Shown piece after piece: positions 30,632 to 39,453 of a DNA stretch of 64,000 nt. Within the stretch, counting starts at the first letter, position 1; every line of letters starts with the position of its first letter. This stretch comes from an uncultured Pseudomonadota bacterium. Lineage in GTDB: Bacteria; Pseudomonadota; Gammaproteobacteria; Competibacterales; Competibacteraceae. The stretch lies in contig CAVPSQ010000003.1 in the NCBI GenBank assembly GCA_963708455.1, positions 241,442 to 305,441 of the forward strand, in the 5' to 3' direction. Under the pieces are notes generated by a model. It was not told where the DNA came from. It saw only the letters and a program-made list of their open reading frames with translations, and did no database searches. Made by a program: the position numbers and the translations under genes.

Positions 30632-31585
30632 ATGAAACCGTCCGCTTCCGATGAATCCACCCCACAAGACCGGCTGGCCGTGCTGGCCGCGCTGGCAGTA
30701 CAGCCGCGTACCACACTCGATCCCTGTCCGCCGCCGGAGGAACTGGCAGCCTTCAGTGACGACCGGTTGCCGCCTGAAGCATGTGCCCGTGTGCTCGCCC
30801 ATCTGGACGCCTGTCCGGACTGTTATCGCGAGTGGCTGGCGGTGCAGCGTGTCATGGCTGAGCAACCCGCTGCTGCGATGACGCCGTTGACGCGGCAGGC
30901 GCCACGCCGGCGACCTGCCATCGGCTGGCGGTCTGGGATAGGGATAGCGCTGGCCGCCGGTCTGCTGATAGCGCTGGTGTGGTGGTGGCCGCTTGTCAGG
31001 GAACCGACCCCGGCTGAACAGGTAGCTCAGGCTTATACCACGGTGCTGCAAGCCTCGTCCGGTTTGCCGGTGGAAGCGATAGCAGCAAGGCGTCTACCGT
31101 GGGAAGACGCGCCGGCGGGGTATGGGTTTGCAGCCGGCGGCGCCGCGGAACTGGCGACCCGCGCCTTCGGCGCCGGTCTCTGGAGCGGCAGAGCCGTCCT
31201 GCGCAACCGTGATCCACAGGCCCTGCCGACGCTGCCGCCAGAGTTGACTCCGCCGGTGGGGCAGGGAGCGTGGGAGGCGACCGAATGGGCGCCCTACACG
31301 GTGCTGGGCCGCTGGCTGGTGCTGTTGCAAGTGCTCTGTGCCTCACCGCAGGAGGTTTCCGCTGCACTGTGGAAACAGCAGCAGGCAATCGACCGGCGGT
31401 TACAGGCGGCCTTCCGCGAACGCCTGACGAATGAGGCTGATGCCCAGACGGTGCTGAAGGCGCTGGCAGAACTGGCCGCCGGCTTCGACAGCCGATACGC
31501 CGGCACCAGTCCGCGGCGGCTTTGCCAGCAGATCGAGCCGGTATGGACCGGCCTGGAAGCCCGCTTGCTGCCTTCAGTACCATGA
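30632..31585 (+). CDS. zf-HC2 anti-sigma factor (copy A)
   Basis: 317 aa. H-x3-C-x2-C in HLDACPDCYREW, a single TM (IALAAGLLIALVWWW), and a C-terminal extracytoplasmic domain of about 190 aa. Confidence 0.75.
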   Translation: MKPSASDESTPQDRLAVLAALAVQPRTTLDPCPPPEELAAFSDDRLPPEACARVLAHLDACPDCYREWLAVQRVMAEQPAAAMTPLTRQAPRRRPAIGWRSGIGIALAAGLLIALVWWWPLVREPTPAEQVAQAYTTVLQASSGLPVEAIAARRLPWEDAPAGYGFAAGGAAELATRAFGAGLWSGRAVLRNRDPQALPTLPPELTPPVGQGAWEATEWAPYTVLGRWLVLLQVLCASPQEVSAALWKQQQAIDRRLQAAFRERLTNEADAQTVLKALAELAAGFDSRYAGTSPRRLCQQIEPVWTGLEARLLPSVP

Positions 31586-32899
31586 ACGCCTGGACCGATC
31601 GTATTCTATTGTTGACCGGGCTTGAGCCAGACCCAGACCCGGCTGGACCCCTCCCATCCGGACCCGGCGGAGCGGGCTACGCTGCTGCGGGTGCAGTTGG
31701 GCCGGTTGCAGGAGCAACTGGAGTTCTTCCACACCGGCGTGCGGCTGACCCATTTCGGCGCCTACGCCGACGCCGAGTATTTCCTGCGCGAGTTTCAGAC
31801 GGTGTTTCCCGGTCGCGAGGTGCATAACAATCTGGGCTACGGCTATCTGCAACGGGCACGCCGGGAACTGCCGCCCAATCTGGCCTACCGTTATTGTCTG
31901 CCCACCCTGCTCGATACCACCACCCGCGCCGCCGCTATCGTCCAGCGAGGCGGTGGCGAAGAGACGGCGGCGATCACGGCGGAAGCCCGCACCCTGCTCT
32001 TGCAGGCGGTGGATGCGCTCAACCGCGCGGTCGCGGCGGATTCCGCCTATCTGCCGGCCCGGCTCAATCTGGCGGCAGCGTATTTTTACCTCAATGAAAT
32101 CTACCAGGCCCGCGCCGTCATCGAGGCCGCGCGAAAGTTGGCGCCGGACGACCGGGAGGTGCAGAACCTGCGCGCCCTGATTCTCTATCGGGAAGGGGTG
32201 GACGCCGACACTTGGCCCAGCGCCCTGAAGCTGCTCGAAGACTTGGCGGCTCAACCGCAAGCCTCGGCGTGTCTGACCTACAACCTGGCGCAACTGCTGG
32301 AAGAACGGCAGCGTAGCGCCAAAGCCCGAACGGTCTGGACCGCACTGGCCAGGCGCCTGCCGGAATTACCGTTACCCTACCGGCAGACAGTGTGTGAACA
32401 CGCCGCGACGGAGGCCGCCTGCCGGACGCTGACCACCGCCCCGATCAAGGTCGCAGCGCCACCCTGGCCACTGCCGGCGCCGCTGGGACTGGATTTGCTT
32501 CAGGAACCGAACCGCGCCAAGCGGTATCTGGCGGGCTGGACACCCACCGCATTCGACTGGCAGCAACCGGGCCTGACAGCGTCTGATTCGGGAACCATCG
32601 TCATGGAGATGGGGACGGCGACCGCGTTCGACTGGCAACAACCGGGCCTGAAGGGGCATCTGTACCGCAGTCCGCCAGGGGCCTCGGTGCTGGAACTGGA
32701 CGGTTATGTGGAGCTGGTGGTGTTGTGGGGTGAGGGACTGGGGACAGAGGACACCCTGCGTACCTGTTGTGGTCAGCCGACCCTGCAACAGCCGGTAGTC
32801 GGCGGCACGCTCTGGTCCTATGGCAATCAGTGGGCCGCGCTGGTGCGGGAAGGGCAGGTGGCGGAAGTGTGGGTCAAGCGGCAGCCGGTCCGCCTGTGA
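31582..32899 (+). pseudogene. M48/TPR protease paralogue that has lost its catalytic core to a deletion of about 0.6 kb plus a frameshift
   Basis: ATG at 31582 (MNAWTDRILLL) is homologous to 39450. Homology then jumps to the equivalent of about 40101 (LSQTQTRLDPSHPDPAERATLL) in another frame. The HExxH region is absent. A 25-codon insertion with duplicated TAFDWQQPGL lies near 32550-32640. Confidence 0.8.
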
Positions 32900-32979
32900 G
32901 TGGGGGTAAAGCGACACGAGAAGACAAACGATCAGGTTGTGTCCGTCTATTGAGGACAGTAACCGTTGAGGAGAAAGTG

Positions 32980-34092
32980 ATGAGTTACCGAAAAGGTTTA
33001 CAAAGCTTGATGATAGCGGTGCTGTTAGTGGGTACAGGAGTGTTCAGCGCAGAGGCTCAGGAACCTACATTAAATGGTTTTTTGTACTGGAGATTCCTAC
33101 AAGATCAGTTCGATGTACGCTATCGGGCTGGGGATTACAAGAGTGCCGAGCGGCTTGCACAAGAGGCGTTGGAAATCGCAGGGCGTACTTTCCCTTTTGA
33201 ACATCCCGCCACGGCTACCAGTCTCAACTCCCTGGCTTTGGTGCGGCGGGCCCAGGGTCGCTACGAGGAGGCCGAGCAAATCTGCCGCCGCGCCCTGGCG
33301 ATTAACGAGAAGGTGCAGGTATCACCCCAAGATCTCATCACCGCCCACATTCTAACCACTTTGGCTTTAGTGCTACATGATCAGGGCCGCTACGGGGAGG
33401 CTGAACCGCTCTACCGCCGTGCTCTGGCGATTCGGGAGAAGGTGCTGGGGGCCGAGCATCCCAGCACCGCCGATACTCGCAACAGCCTGGCCTTGATGCT
33501 GGAGCACCAAAACCGGGACAGGAAGGCCGAGCCGCTTTACCGCCGCGCCCCGGCGATTGAGGAGAAAGCGCAGGGCGCTGAGCATCCCGACACCGCCGCC
33601 AGTCTCAATAACTTGGCCTCGTTGCTGAATGCCCAGGACCGCTACGAAAAAGCCGAGCCGCTCTACCGCCGCGCCCTGGCTATCTACCAGCAGACTGAAA
33701 CGCCAGCCAACCTTCTCGTTTCCAGCCGCAACTTGGGTCACTTTCTGGTAGCACGGGGCCGTCTCCAAGACGCCGTTCCCCACTACCGCACCGCCATCGA
33801 TACCCTGGACCACCTGTTTGCCTACACTCAGGGTTTGTCCGAAGAAGCCCGCCAGACCTTCCTGGAGCAGTATGCCTACGTTTACCGCGAATTCATCGAC
33901 TTGCTGCTGAAGCTGCACGAACAAGATCCCAAGGCCGGTTACGACTGGGAGATGCTCGCCGTCGCCTCCCGCAACCAGAGCCGGATCTTCAGCAAACTGC
34001 TGCGCCAGGCGGACGTGCAGAAATTCTCGGCCAAGCCGGCCTTCGTCGAACTCAAGCGCCATCAAGGTCAGCACTTCAACCCAGGTCGGTAG
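32980..34092 (+). pseudogene. Truncated TPR-CHAT paralogue (signal peptide plus 4 TPR units, no CHAT domain)
   Basis: MSYRKGLQSLMIAVLLVGTGVFSAEAQEP followed by 42-aa TPR units. Homology to 41386..44907 ends at about 34047 (..KPAFV). The frame then reads antisense PIN sequence until a stop. Confidence 0.8.
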
Positions 34093-34257
34093 CACGACCG
34101 GATGACCGGCGGCGGCGCCAGCGTTGATCTCTTCAGCCACCTGCGGCGGCGCGATGAAACGGATGGGTAACTGCTCGATCACCGCCAAGGCGTTGGCACG
34201 ACCGAGCGTGATCAGGGGGCCGGTGTTGACGACTACCCGCTCAACTTCGTTGGGCAA
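34048..34257 (-). pseudogene. 3'-truncated DUF3368-type PIN toxin gene
   Basis: LPNEVERVVVNTGPLITLGRANALAVIEQLPIRFIAPPQVAEEINAGAAAGHPVVLPTWVEV fits the DUF3368 N-terminal pattern (vv.D.gPLi.L......l...l......P..V..E). It is cut at the junction with the TPR gene fragment. Confidence 0.6.
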
Positions 34258-34504
34258 AGGCCACCTCGTCAGCGGCGTCTTCCGGCCGCAGGTTACTGAT
34301 GGATATGCCAACCCGCGGCAGCGAAAGCAGAAAATCCACCCGCCCTTTACCGCAAAGGTCAGCCGCCTTGCCGGACGATAACCGACCCAACTCATACAAC
34401 TTGGCGGCGAGGATAAAGACCGCCTCACGCTCGAATTCTTCGCGCGTCAGGCTCGCTTCGAGCAGTACGGCATCACCGTAGGGTATAGTCAGAATGTGAG
34501 TCAT
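34241..34504 (-). CDS. UPF0175-family antitoxin
   Basis: MTHILTIPYGDAVLLEASLTREEFEREAVFILAAKLYELGRLSSGKAADLCGKGRVDFLLSL. The LYE.G.LS.GKAA block is the UPF0175 hallmark. Confidence 0.7.
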   Translation of the reverse strand: MTHILTIPYGDAVLLEASLTREEFEREAVFILAAKLYELGRLSSGKAADLCGKGRVDFLLSLPRVGISISNLRPEDAADEVAFAQRS

Positions 34505-34563
34505 GAATAGCCCAGTCCTCACCCGATTCAGCCCAGGAACCGAAACCAGCGACAAATCGATCA

Positions 34564-36114
34564 ATGGGGTCCGTCTATTTTGATCGACTACAACAGACAG
34601 GTACTTATCCTAACATCAGTGAAGAGCCATCACCTGAACCCACGGCAACGTCGCGCCTGGCTTGGTTGATCGGACTGCCAGCCCGAACCGGGATAGCTTC
34701 CCGACATCTTGGACAGAGATTGTCGAGCGCGATACAGCGCGTGCAACACGAGTGGCAGGCGCGGAGCGCTTTCCAGCGACATCTTCTAATCGGTTTGCTG
34801 GCGGGCGTTATCATCGAAATCGCCCTCCATTTCCTGCACCATCACCTGACTTTGCTTCAGGAACTCGAAGACATGGCTATCGACGTGATCATGAATCTTC
34901 AGCAGGCCACCACGATCGACAAACCGGCCATACCCTTCGTGATACTGGACATCGACGAGCCGACCTATCGCGCCTGGGACGAGCCTTTTCACGTTCCGCG
35001 CGACCGCTTGCTCAAGCTGATCGACTACGCGGTGCAGGGTGGGGCGGCGCTGGTGATCGTGGATGTCGACCTGAGCCAGCGCGGGCATGATCCGCTGGCC
35101 GATCAAGCGCTGCAGGACTATCTGGCCAACTATGGCGCCGCCGGTAAGCCGCCACTGCTGCTGGCGCGCGCCTTCCGCCCACCGTTGCCGGGGCAGCATG
35201 CTCTACCGACCGAGCGGCGCTCTTTTCTGGAGCAGGAGACCCGCCTTGCCGCTGCGCCCCTGATCCAGTGGGGATCGACCCTGTTCGAACTGGACCAGGG
35301 GCAACTGCTGCGACGCTGGCGCCTGTGGCAGATCACCTGCGATGAACAGACCCAGCAGCCGGTGGTGATCCCTTCTCTGCAACTGCTGGCGGTCGCTTTG
35401 CTGCGTCAACCCCATGAGGACCCTGGAACAGTGGCCGGGCAGGTGCACACGGCCTTGCAGACGCTGGCGCCGGCGCAGTGTGACGGGCGTCCTTCCCATC
35501 ATCACGAGGAAACGCTTGTCATTGCCGGTATGAAACTGAGCGCCCAGCCGCAAGGGATAGCCCAACGCATCCTCTATGAATTGCCCTGGCAACTGCATTC
35601 CGGCGAGGCTTATCCCACCCTGCCTCGACCGGATGGAACCTCGGCGCCTCTCTTATCGGTCTTCAGCGCTCTGCCCATTACCGCTGGAACCAAGCCGGTG
35701 GTCAGCGATGCCGTCACCGGGCGGGTGGTAGTTATCGGCGGCAGCTTCTGGGAAAGCCGTGATCTGTACCTGACGCCACTGGGCCAGATGCCGGGTTTTC
35801 TGGTGCTGGTCAACGCCATTCATTCCCTGCACCAGCATGAAGAAATCAAACCGCCGTCCCTGTATCTCAAGTTGCTGATCACCGTGGTATTGATCGTCCT
35901 GAGCAGCCTGATTTTTGCCAGCCTACGCTCGTTCCGAGCGATGCTCGTCGCCAGTCTGGTTATCATCATCGTCCTGCTGCCGGTCAGCTATTGCTGGTTC
36001 AAGGCCGGAGTCTGGCTGGATTTCGTGATTCCTTTTTGCGCCGTGGCGCTGCACTGGATGGCTGCTCGCTTCGAGGAACAGCGGCATGATCGGCACAGCA
36101 TCACAACCCATTGA
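34564..36114 (+). CDS. Stand-alone CHASE2-domain membrane protein (copy 1)
   Basis: 516 aa. N-terminal TM, then FVILDIDEPTYRAWDEPFHVPRDRLLKLIDYAVQGGAALVIVDVDLS (the CHASE2 core pattern), then three C-terminal TMs. No output domain. The exact start is uncertain. Confidence 0.75.
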   Translation: MGSVYFDRLQQTGTYPNISEEPSPEPTATSRLAWLIGLPARTGIASRHLGQRLSSAIQRVQHEWQARSAFQRHLLIGLLAGVIIEIALHFLHHHLTLLQELEDMAIDVIMNLQQATTIDKPAIPFVILDIDEPTYRAWDEPFHVPRDRLLKLIDYAVQGGAALVIVDVDLSQRGHDPLADQALQDYLANYGAAGKPPLLLARAFRPPLPGQHALPTERRSFLEQETRLAAAPLIQWGSTLFELDQGQLLRRWRLWQITCDEQTQQPVVIPSLQLLAVALLRQPHEDPGTVAGQVHTALQTLAPAQCDGRPSHHHEETLVIAGMKLSAQPQGIAQRILYELPWQLHSGEAYPTLPRPDGTSAPLLSVFSALPITAGTKPVVSDAVTGRVVVIGGSFWESRDLYLTPLGQMPGFLVLVNAIHSLHQHEEIKPPSLYLKLLITVVLIVLSSLIFASLRSFRAMLVASLVIIIVLLPVSYCWFKAGVWLDFVIPFCAVALHWMAARFEEQRHDRHSITTH

Positions 36115-36143
36115 ATTCAAGACTCGTTCTTTTGGAGGTGATT

Positions 36144-37031
36144 ATGAATCGCTCTGTGACATCGCTCGGTAGCCTGCTGCTCCTGGCCGCCAGCATCACG
36201 GCGTCGGCGGCGACCTGGATCGTAGACTTCACCGGTAAACCCGATGACTTTCGCCTGGAGCGTGGTAACCAGACGCTGCCGGTTGAAATCTACCGGCAAT
36301 TACAGCCGAATGACCGGCTGTTCGTACTCGTGGATGGTAGTGTCATTTCGCTGAAGCAGGACGATGGCCGCCGGATTGAGATTCAGAAAAACAACTCGCC
36401 TTACCTTATCCGGGACCAGGGCAAACCACCGGCAGCGCTGGATAATTTTCTGCATGAATGCTGTGCCTGGCTTACCCGGCAACGGCTGGAAGAGGTAGAT
36501 CGACCGGTGATCGGTATCTATACGCGGGGCGAGCCTGTCCCGCCCATCAGTTTGCCGTTGGCGCCGGGAGCAAAAATTCGGCTGGGCGCCGGTACTCGCT
36601 CACTGTATCTGGCCTGGCAAGGCGGCGAACCACCTTATCAGGTTCGCTTGACCAACAACGCCGGCAAGGAACTCATGAAACAGTCGGATATTGCCGCGCC
36701 CGGCGGTAACACCCAACCGTTCAAAACCACGCCCGTACCGCTGAAGCCGGGGCAGTATCGGCTGACCATCCGCGACGCTCAACGCCAAGCGGCAGTGGCA
36801 GTCGAGGTCGTGCCGGCTATCTCCCTGCCGCTACCGGCAACATTAGCAGGCATCACAGATGCCGATATCCGGCAAACTCTGGAAGCGCTGTGGCTGGCGA
36901 GCCAGGGCGAAGTCTGGTGGCTGGAAGCCTATCAACGAGTGATGCCGCTGGAAGGGCAACACCGGCCGGCACGGTTACTGCGCTACAGTCTGGAGAAGGG
37001 GCAGGCGCCACCACCGGTCAAGGCGGACTGA
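36144..37031 (+). CDS. Secreted hypothetical protein
   Basis: ATG at 36144 follows GGAGGTG. Signal peptide MNRSVTSLGSLLLLAASITASAATW. No family recognised. The pattern LYLAWQGGEPPYQVRLTN...LKPGQYRLTIRD is vaguely reminiscent of DUF928-type proteins. Confidence 0.7.
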   Translation: MNRSVTSLGSLLLLAASITASAATWIVDFTGKPDDFRLERGNQTLPVEIYRQLQPNDRLFVLVDGSVISLKQDDGRRIEIQKNNSPYLIRDQGKPPAALDNFLHECCAWLTRQRLEEVDRPVIGIYTRGEPVPPISLPLAPGAKIRLGAGTRSLYLAWQGGEPPYQVRLTNNAGKELMKQSDIAAPGGNTQPFKTTPVPLKPGQYRLTIRDAQRQAAVAVEVVPAISLPLPATLAGITDADIRQTLEALWLASQGEVWWLEAYQRVMPLEGQHRPARLLRYSLEKGQAPPPVKAD

Positions 37032-37058
37032 GCGGATAGGTCTGAGCAAGAGAGGTTG

Positions 37059-37171
37059 TTATCTCTGTCGCTGGAGCCACGCCATGAGTTCGGCCGGGGT
37101 ATGCCAATCCAGCAAGGCCTCCCCCAGCGCCTCCAATTCCGCCACCGGCAAGGTTTCGATCAAATCCAGCC
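37059..37171 (-). pseudogene. Internally deleted remnant of an Rpn-family nuclease gene
   Basis: Positions 37059 to about 37152 match the 3' end of 47732..48637 (..LPVAELEALGEALLDW.TPAELMAWLQRQ). Positions 37153-37171 (TTTCGATCAAATCCAGCCA) match an internal site of the full genes. Confidence 0.8.
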
Positions 37172-37271
37172 ATCAATGCCACGCTCAGTAAAAACCAGTC
37201 AGACCGTATAATAATATGCTTAAAGCAAGCTCTGTACGGCTGACCGGCTGTGGCGTTCAGGGGGCTGGAGA

Positions 37272-38150
37272 ATGGAACAAAACGACGACAATACCTATAA
37301 GGACCAACTTTTCGCACATTGGAAATGGCTGCAACGGTTGGCACAGCGCCGCTTTAAGAATAGCGTGCTGGCCGACCAGGCCCTCGATTTTGTCCTGGAA
37401 AAGTTGCAGGAAGACGATGGGTCCCGATTGCGAGCCTATCGAGGCGAAGCGCGTTTTTCCACCTATCTTGCGCATGTCGTGCAGCGGCTACTGGAAGATT
37501 TCGCTCGCCATCGGTTCGGGCGGCAGCGAACACCCGACTGGATTCAGGCGCAAGGTCCGCTCTGGGAACAGGTTTACCGGTTGCTGTGCCTGGAGCGGCT
37601 GTCGGCTACGGATGTCATTGAAACCTTGCGTGATGCCGTGCCGGGTGGCCGACCGCCCCAGATCATCCGGGAAGCCATCACCGTGATCCGAAAGCGGATC
37701 GTGAACTGTGGCGCCCCTTCCCCTGCGACCGCCGAACAGCCGCTGGTTGAACAGGAAGAACACCGCCATCGACCGTTGGCGGACGACTATCAGGTGCATC
37801 AGTTATCCCCCGAAGCGCTACAGGCCGCCGAGGAACGCACGCGGTTATTGACCCTCCTCTATGGCAGTGTGCTGGAACCGGCAGCCGACTCATCCCCGCC
37901 GGATGCCTGGCAACAGGCGGTGCAACGGCTGCGTGCGGCGTTGTCTCTCAGTTCCGAAGAGCGGTTACTGCTGCGATTGATCTACCAGGATGGCCTGTCG
38001 GTGGTGGAGGCAGGGCGTTTGTTGGGGCTGAGAACCGATCAGGTGCATGGCCGTTTGCGACGATTGTTGCAGCGCATTCGTCAACACGTGGAAGACAGCA
38101 GCCTGGCGCAGGAACTGAAAGGCTTATTACAGGAAGAGCACGATGGTTGA
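37272..38150 (+). CDS. ECF-like sigma-70 family sigma factor with a long inter-domain region
   Basis: 292 aa. Sigma-2-like N-terminus (ADQALDFVLEKL...FSTYLAHVVQRLLEDFARHRF) and sigma-4 C-terminus (LSSEERLLLRLIYQDGLSVVEAGRLLGLRTDQVHGRLRRLLQRIRQ), separated by about 120 aa. Confidence 0.8.
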   Translation: MEQNDDNTYKDQLFAHWKWLQRLAQRRFKNSVLADQALDFVLEKLQEDDGSRLRAYRGEARFSTYLAHVVQRLLEDFARHRFGRQRTPDWIQAQGPLWEQVYRLLCLERLSATDVIETLRDAVPGGRPPQIIREAITVIRKRIVNCGAPSPATAEQPLVEQEEHRHRPLADDYQVHQLSPEALQAAEERTRLLTLLYGSVLEPAADSSPPDAWQQAVQRLRAALSLSSEERLLLRLIYQDGLSVVEAGRLLGLRTDQVHGRLRRLLQRIRQHVEDSSLAQELKGLLQEEHDG

Positions 38151-38160
38151 GCCGAGTACC

Positions 38161-38318
38161 TGGGAGCGCCGGCGTCCCCGCCGGCCCGTACCTGGGAGCG
38201 CTGGCGTCCCCGCCGGCCCGTACCTGGGAGCGCTGGCGTCCCCGCCGGCCCGACCCTGGGAGCGCTGGCGTCCCCGCCGGCCCGACCCTGGGAGCGCTGG
38301 CGTCCCCGCCGGCCCGTT
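38161..38318. repeat. Five head-to-tail 32-bp GC-rich repeats (copy B)
   Basis: Unit starts at 38161, 38193, 38225, 38257 and 38289. Units 2-5 carry GCGCTGGCG instead of GCGCCGGCG. Units 3-4 end CGACCC instead of CGTACC. Confidence 0.95.
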
Positions 38319-38499
38319 CGAAGGTATCCACTTAAGATGGGACACTTTGCAGGCCGACCGCAAAGTGCCGGCGAGGACGCCGGCGCTCCCAGGGTCGGAT
38401 CGCCCTGCCTTAAGTGAGTAGCCTAATTCGACAAAGTAAACAGCATGATCCGTCTAAATAAACAGGCTATCCCTTCACCAGCCGCTGAGTTCACAGGCG

Positions 38500-39453
38500 A
38501 TGAAACCGTCCGCTTCCGATGAATCCACCCCACAAGATCGGCTGGCCGTGCTGGCCGCGCTGGCGATCCAGCCGCGTACCACGCCCGGTCCGTGTCCGCC
38601 GCCGGAGGAACTAGCAGCCTTCAGTAACGATCGGCTGCCCCCGGAAGCGCGTGCCCATATGCTCGCTCATCTGGATGCCTGCCCGGACTGTTATCGCGAC
38701 TGGCTGGCGGTGCAGCGCGTAGTGGCCGAGCAACCCACCGCTGTAGTGACGCCGTTGACGCGGCAGACGCCACGCCGGCGACCTGCCATCGGCTGGCGGT
38801 CCGGGCTAGGGATAGCGCTGGCCGCTGGTCTGCTGATAGCACTGGTGTGGTGGTGGCCGCTCGTCAGGGAACCGACACCGGCTGAACAGGTGGATCAGGC
38901 TTATGAAACGGTGTTGCAAGCATTGCCCGGTTCGCCAGTCGAGGCGATAGCGGCACGGCGTCTGCCGTGGGAAGAGGAGCCAGCGGGGTATGGGTTTGCG
39001 GCTGGCGGCGCCACGGAACCGGCGAATCGCGCCTTCGGCGCCGGTCTCTGGAGCGGCAGAGCCATGCTGCGCAGTCGCGATCCGCAAGCCATGCCGACGC
39101 TGCCGCCAGAATTGATTCCGCCGGCGGGGCAGGGGACGTGGGAGGCGACCGAATGGGCGCCCTATACGGTGCTGGGTCGCTGGCTGGTGCTGTTGCAGGT
39201 GCTCTGCGCCTCCCCGCAGGACGTTTCCGCCGCGCTCTGGGAACAGCAGCAGGCAATCGACCGGCGGTTACAGGCCGCCTTCCGCGAACGTCCAGCGAAT
39301 GAGGCTGCTGCCGCAGTGGTAATGAAGGCGCTGGCAGAACTCGCCGCCGGTTTCGACAGCCATCACGCCGGTAGCCGTCCGCAGCGACTTTGTCAGCAGG
39401 TCGAGCCGATACGGACCGGCCTGGAAGCCCGCTTGCTGCCGTCGGCGCCATGA
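38500..39453 (+). CDS. zf-HC2 anti-sigma factor (copy B)
   Basis: 317 aa. HLDACPDCYRDW, a single TM, and an extracytoplasmic C-terminal domain. The stop overlaps the next start (ATGA at 39450-39453). Confidence 0.8.
   Translation: MKPSASDESTPQDRLAVLAALAIQPRTTPGPCPPPEELAAFSNDRLPPEARAHMLAHLDACPDCYRDWLAVQRVVAEQPTAVVTPLTRQTPRRRPAIGWRSGLGIALAAGLLIALVWWWPLVREPTPAEQVDQAYETVLQALPGSPVEAIAARRLPWEEEPAGYGFAAGGATEPANRAFGAGLWSGRAMLRSRDPQAMPTLPPELIPPAGQGTWEATEWAPYTVLGRWLVLLQVLCASPQDVSAALWEQQQAIDRRLQAAFRERPANEAAAAVVMKALAELAAGFDSHHAGSRPQRLCQQVEPIRTGLEARLLPSAP

Noticed and set aside
30577-30654. A 25-codon upstream ORF (MIRLNKQAIPSPAAEFTGDETVRFR) overlapping the anti-sigma start, present in both copies.
   Set aside because: Its conservation is explained simply by the segmental duplication. 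It has no convincing RBS, and coding cannot be distinguished from non-coding with two paralogous copies.
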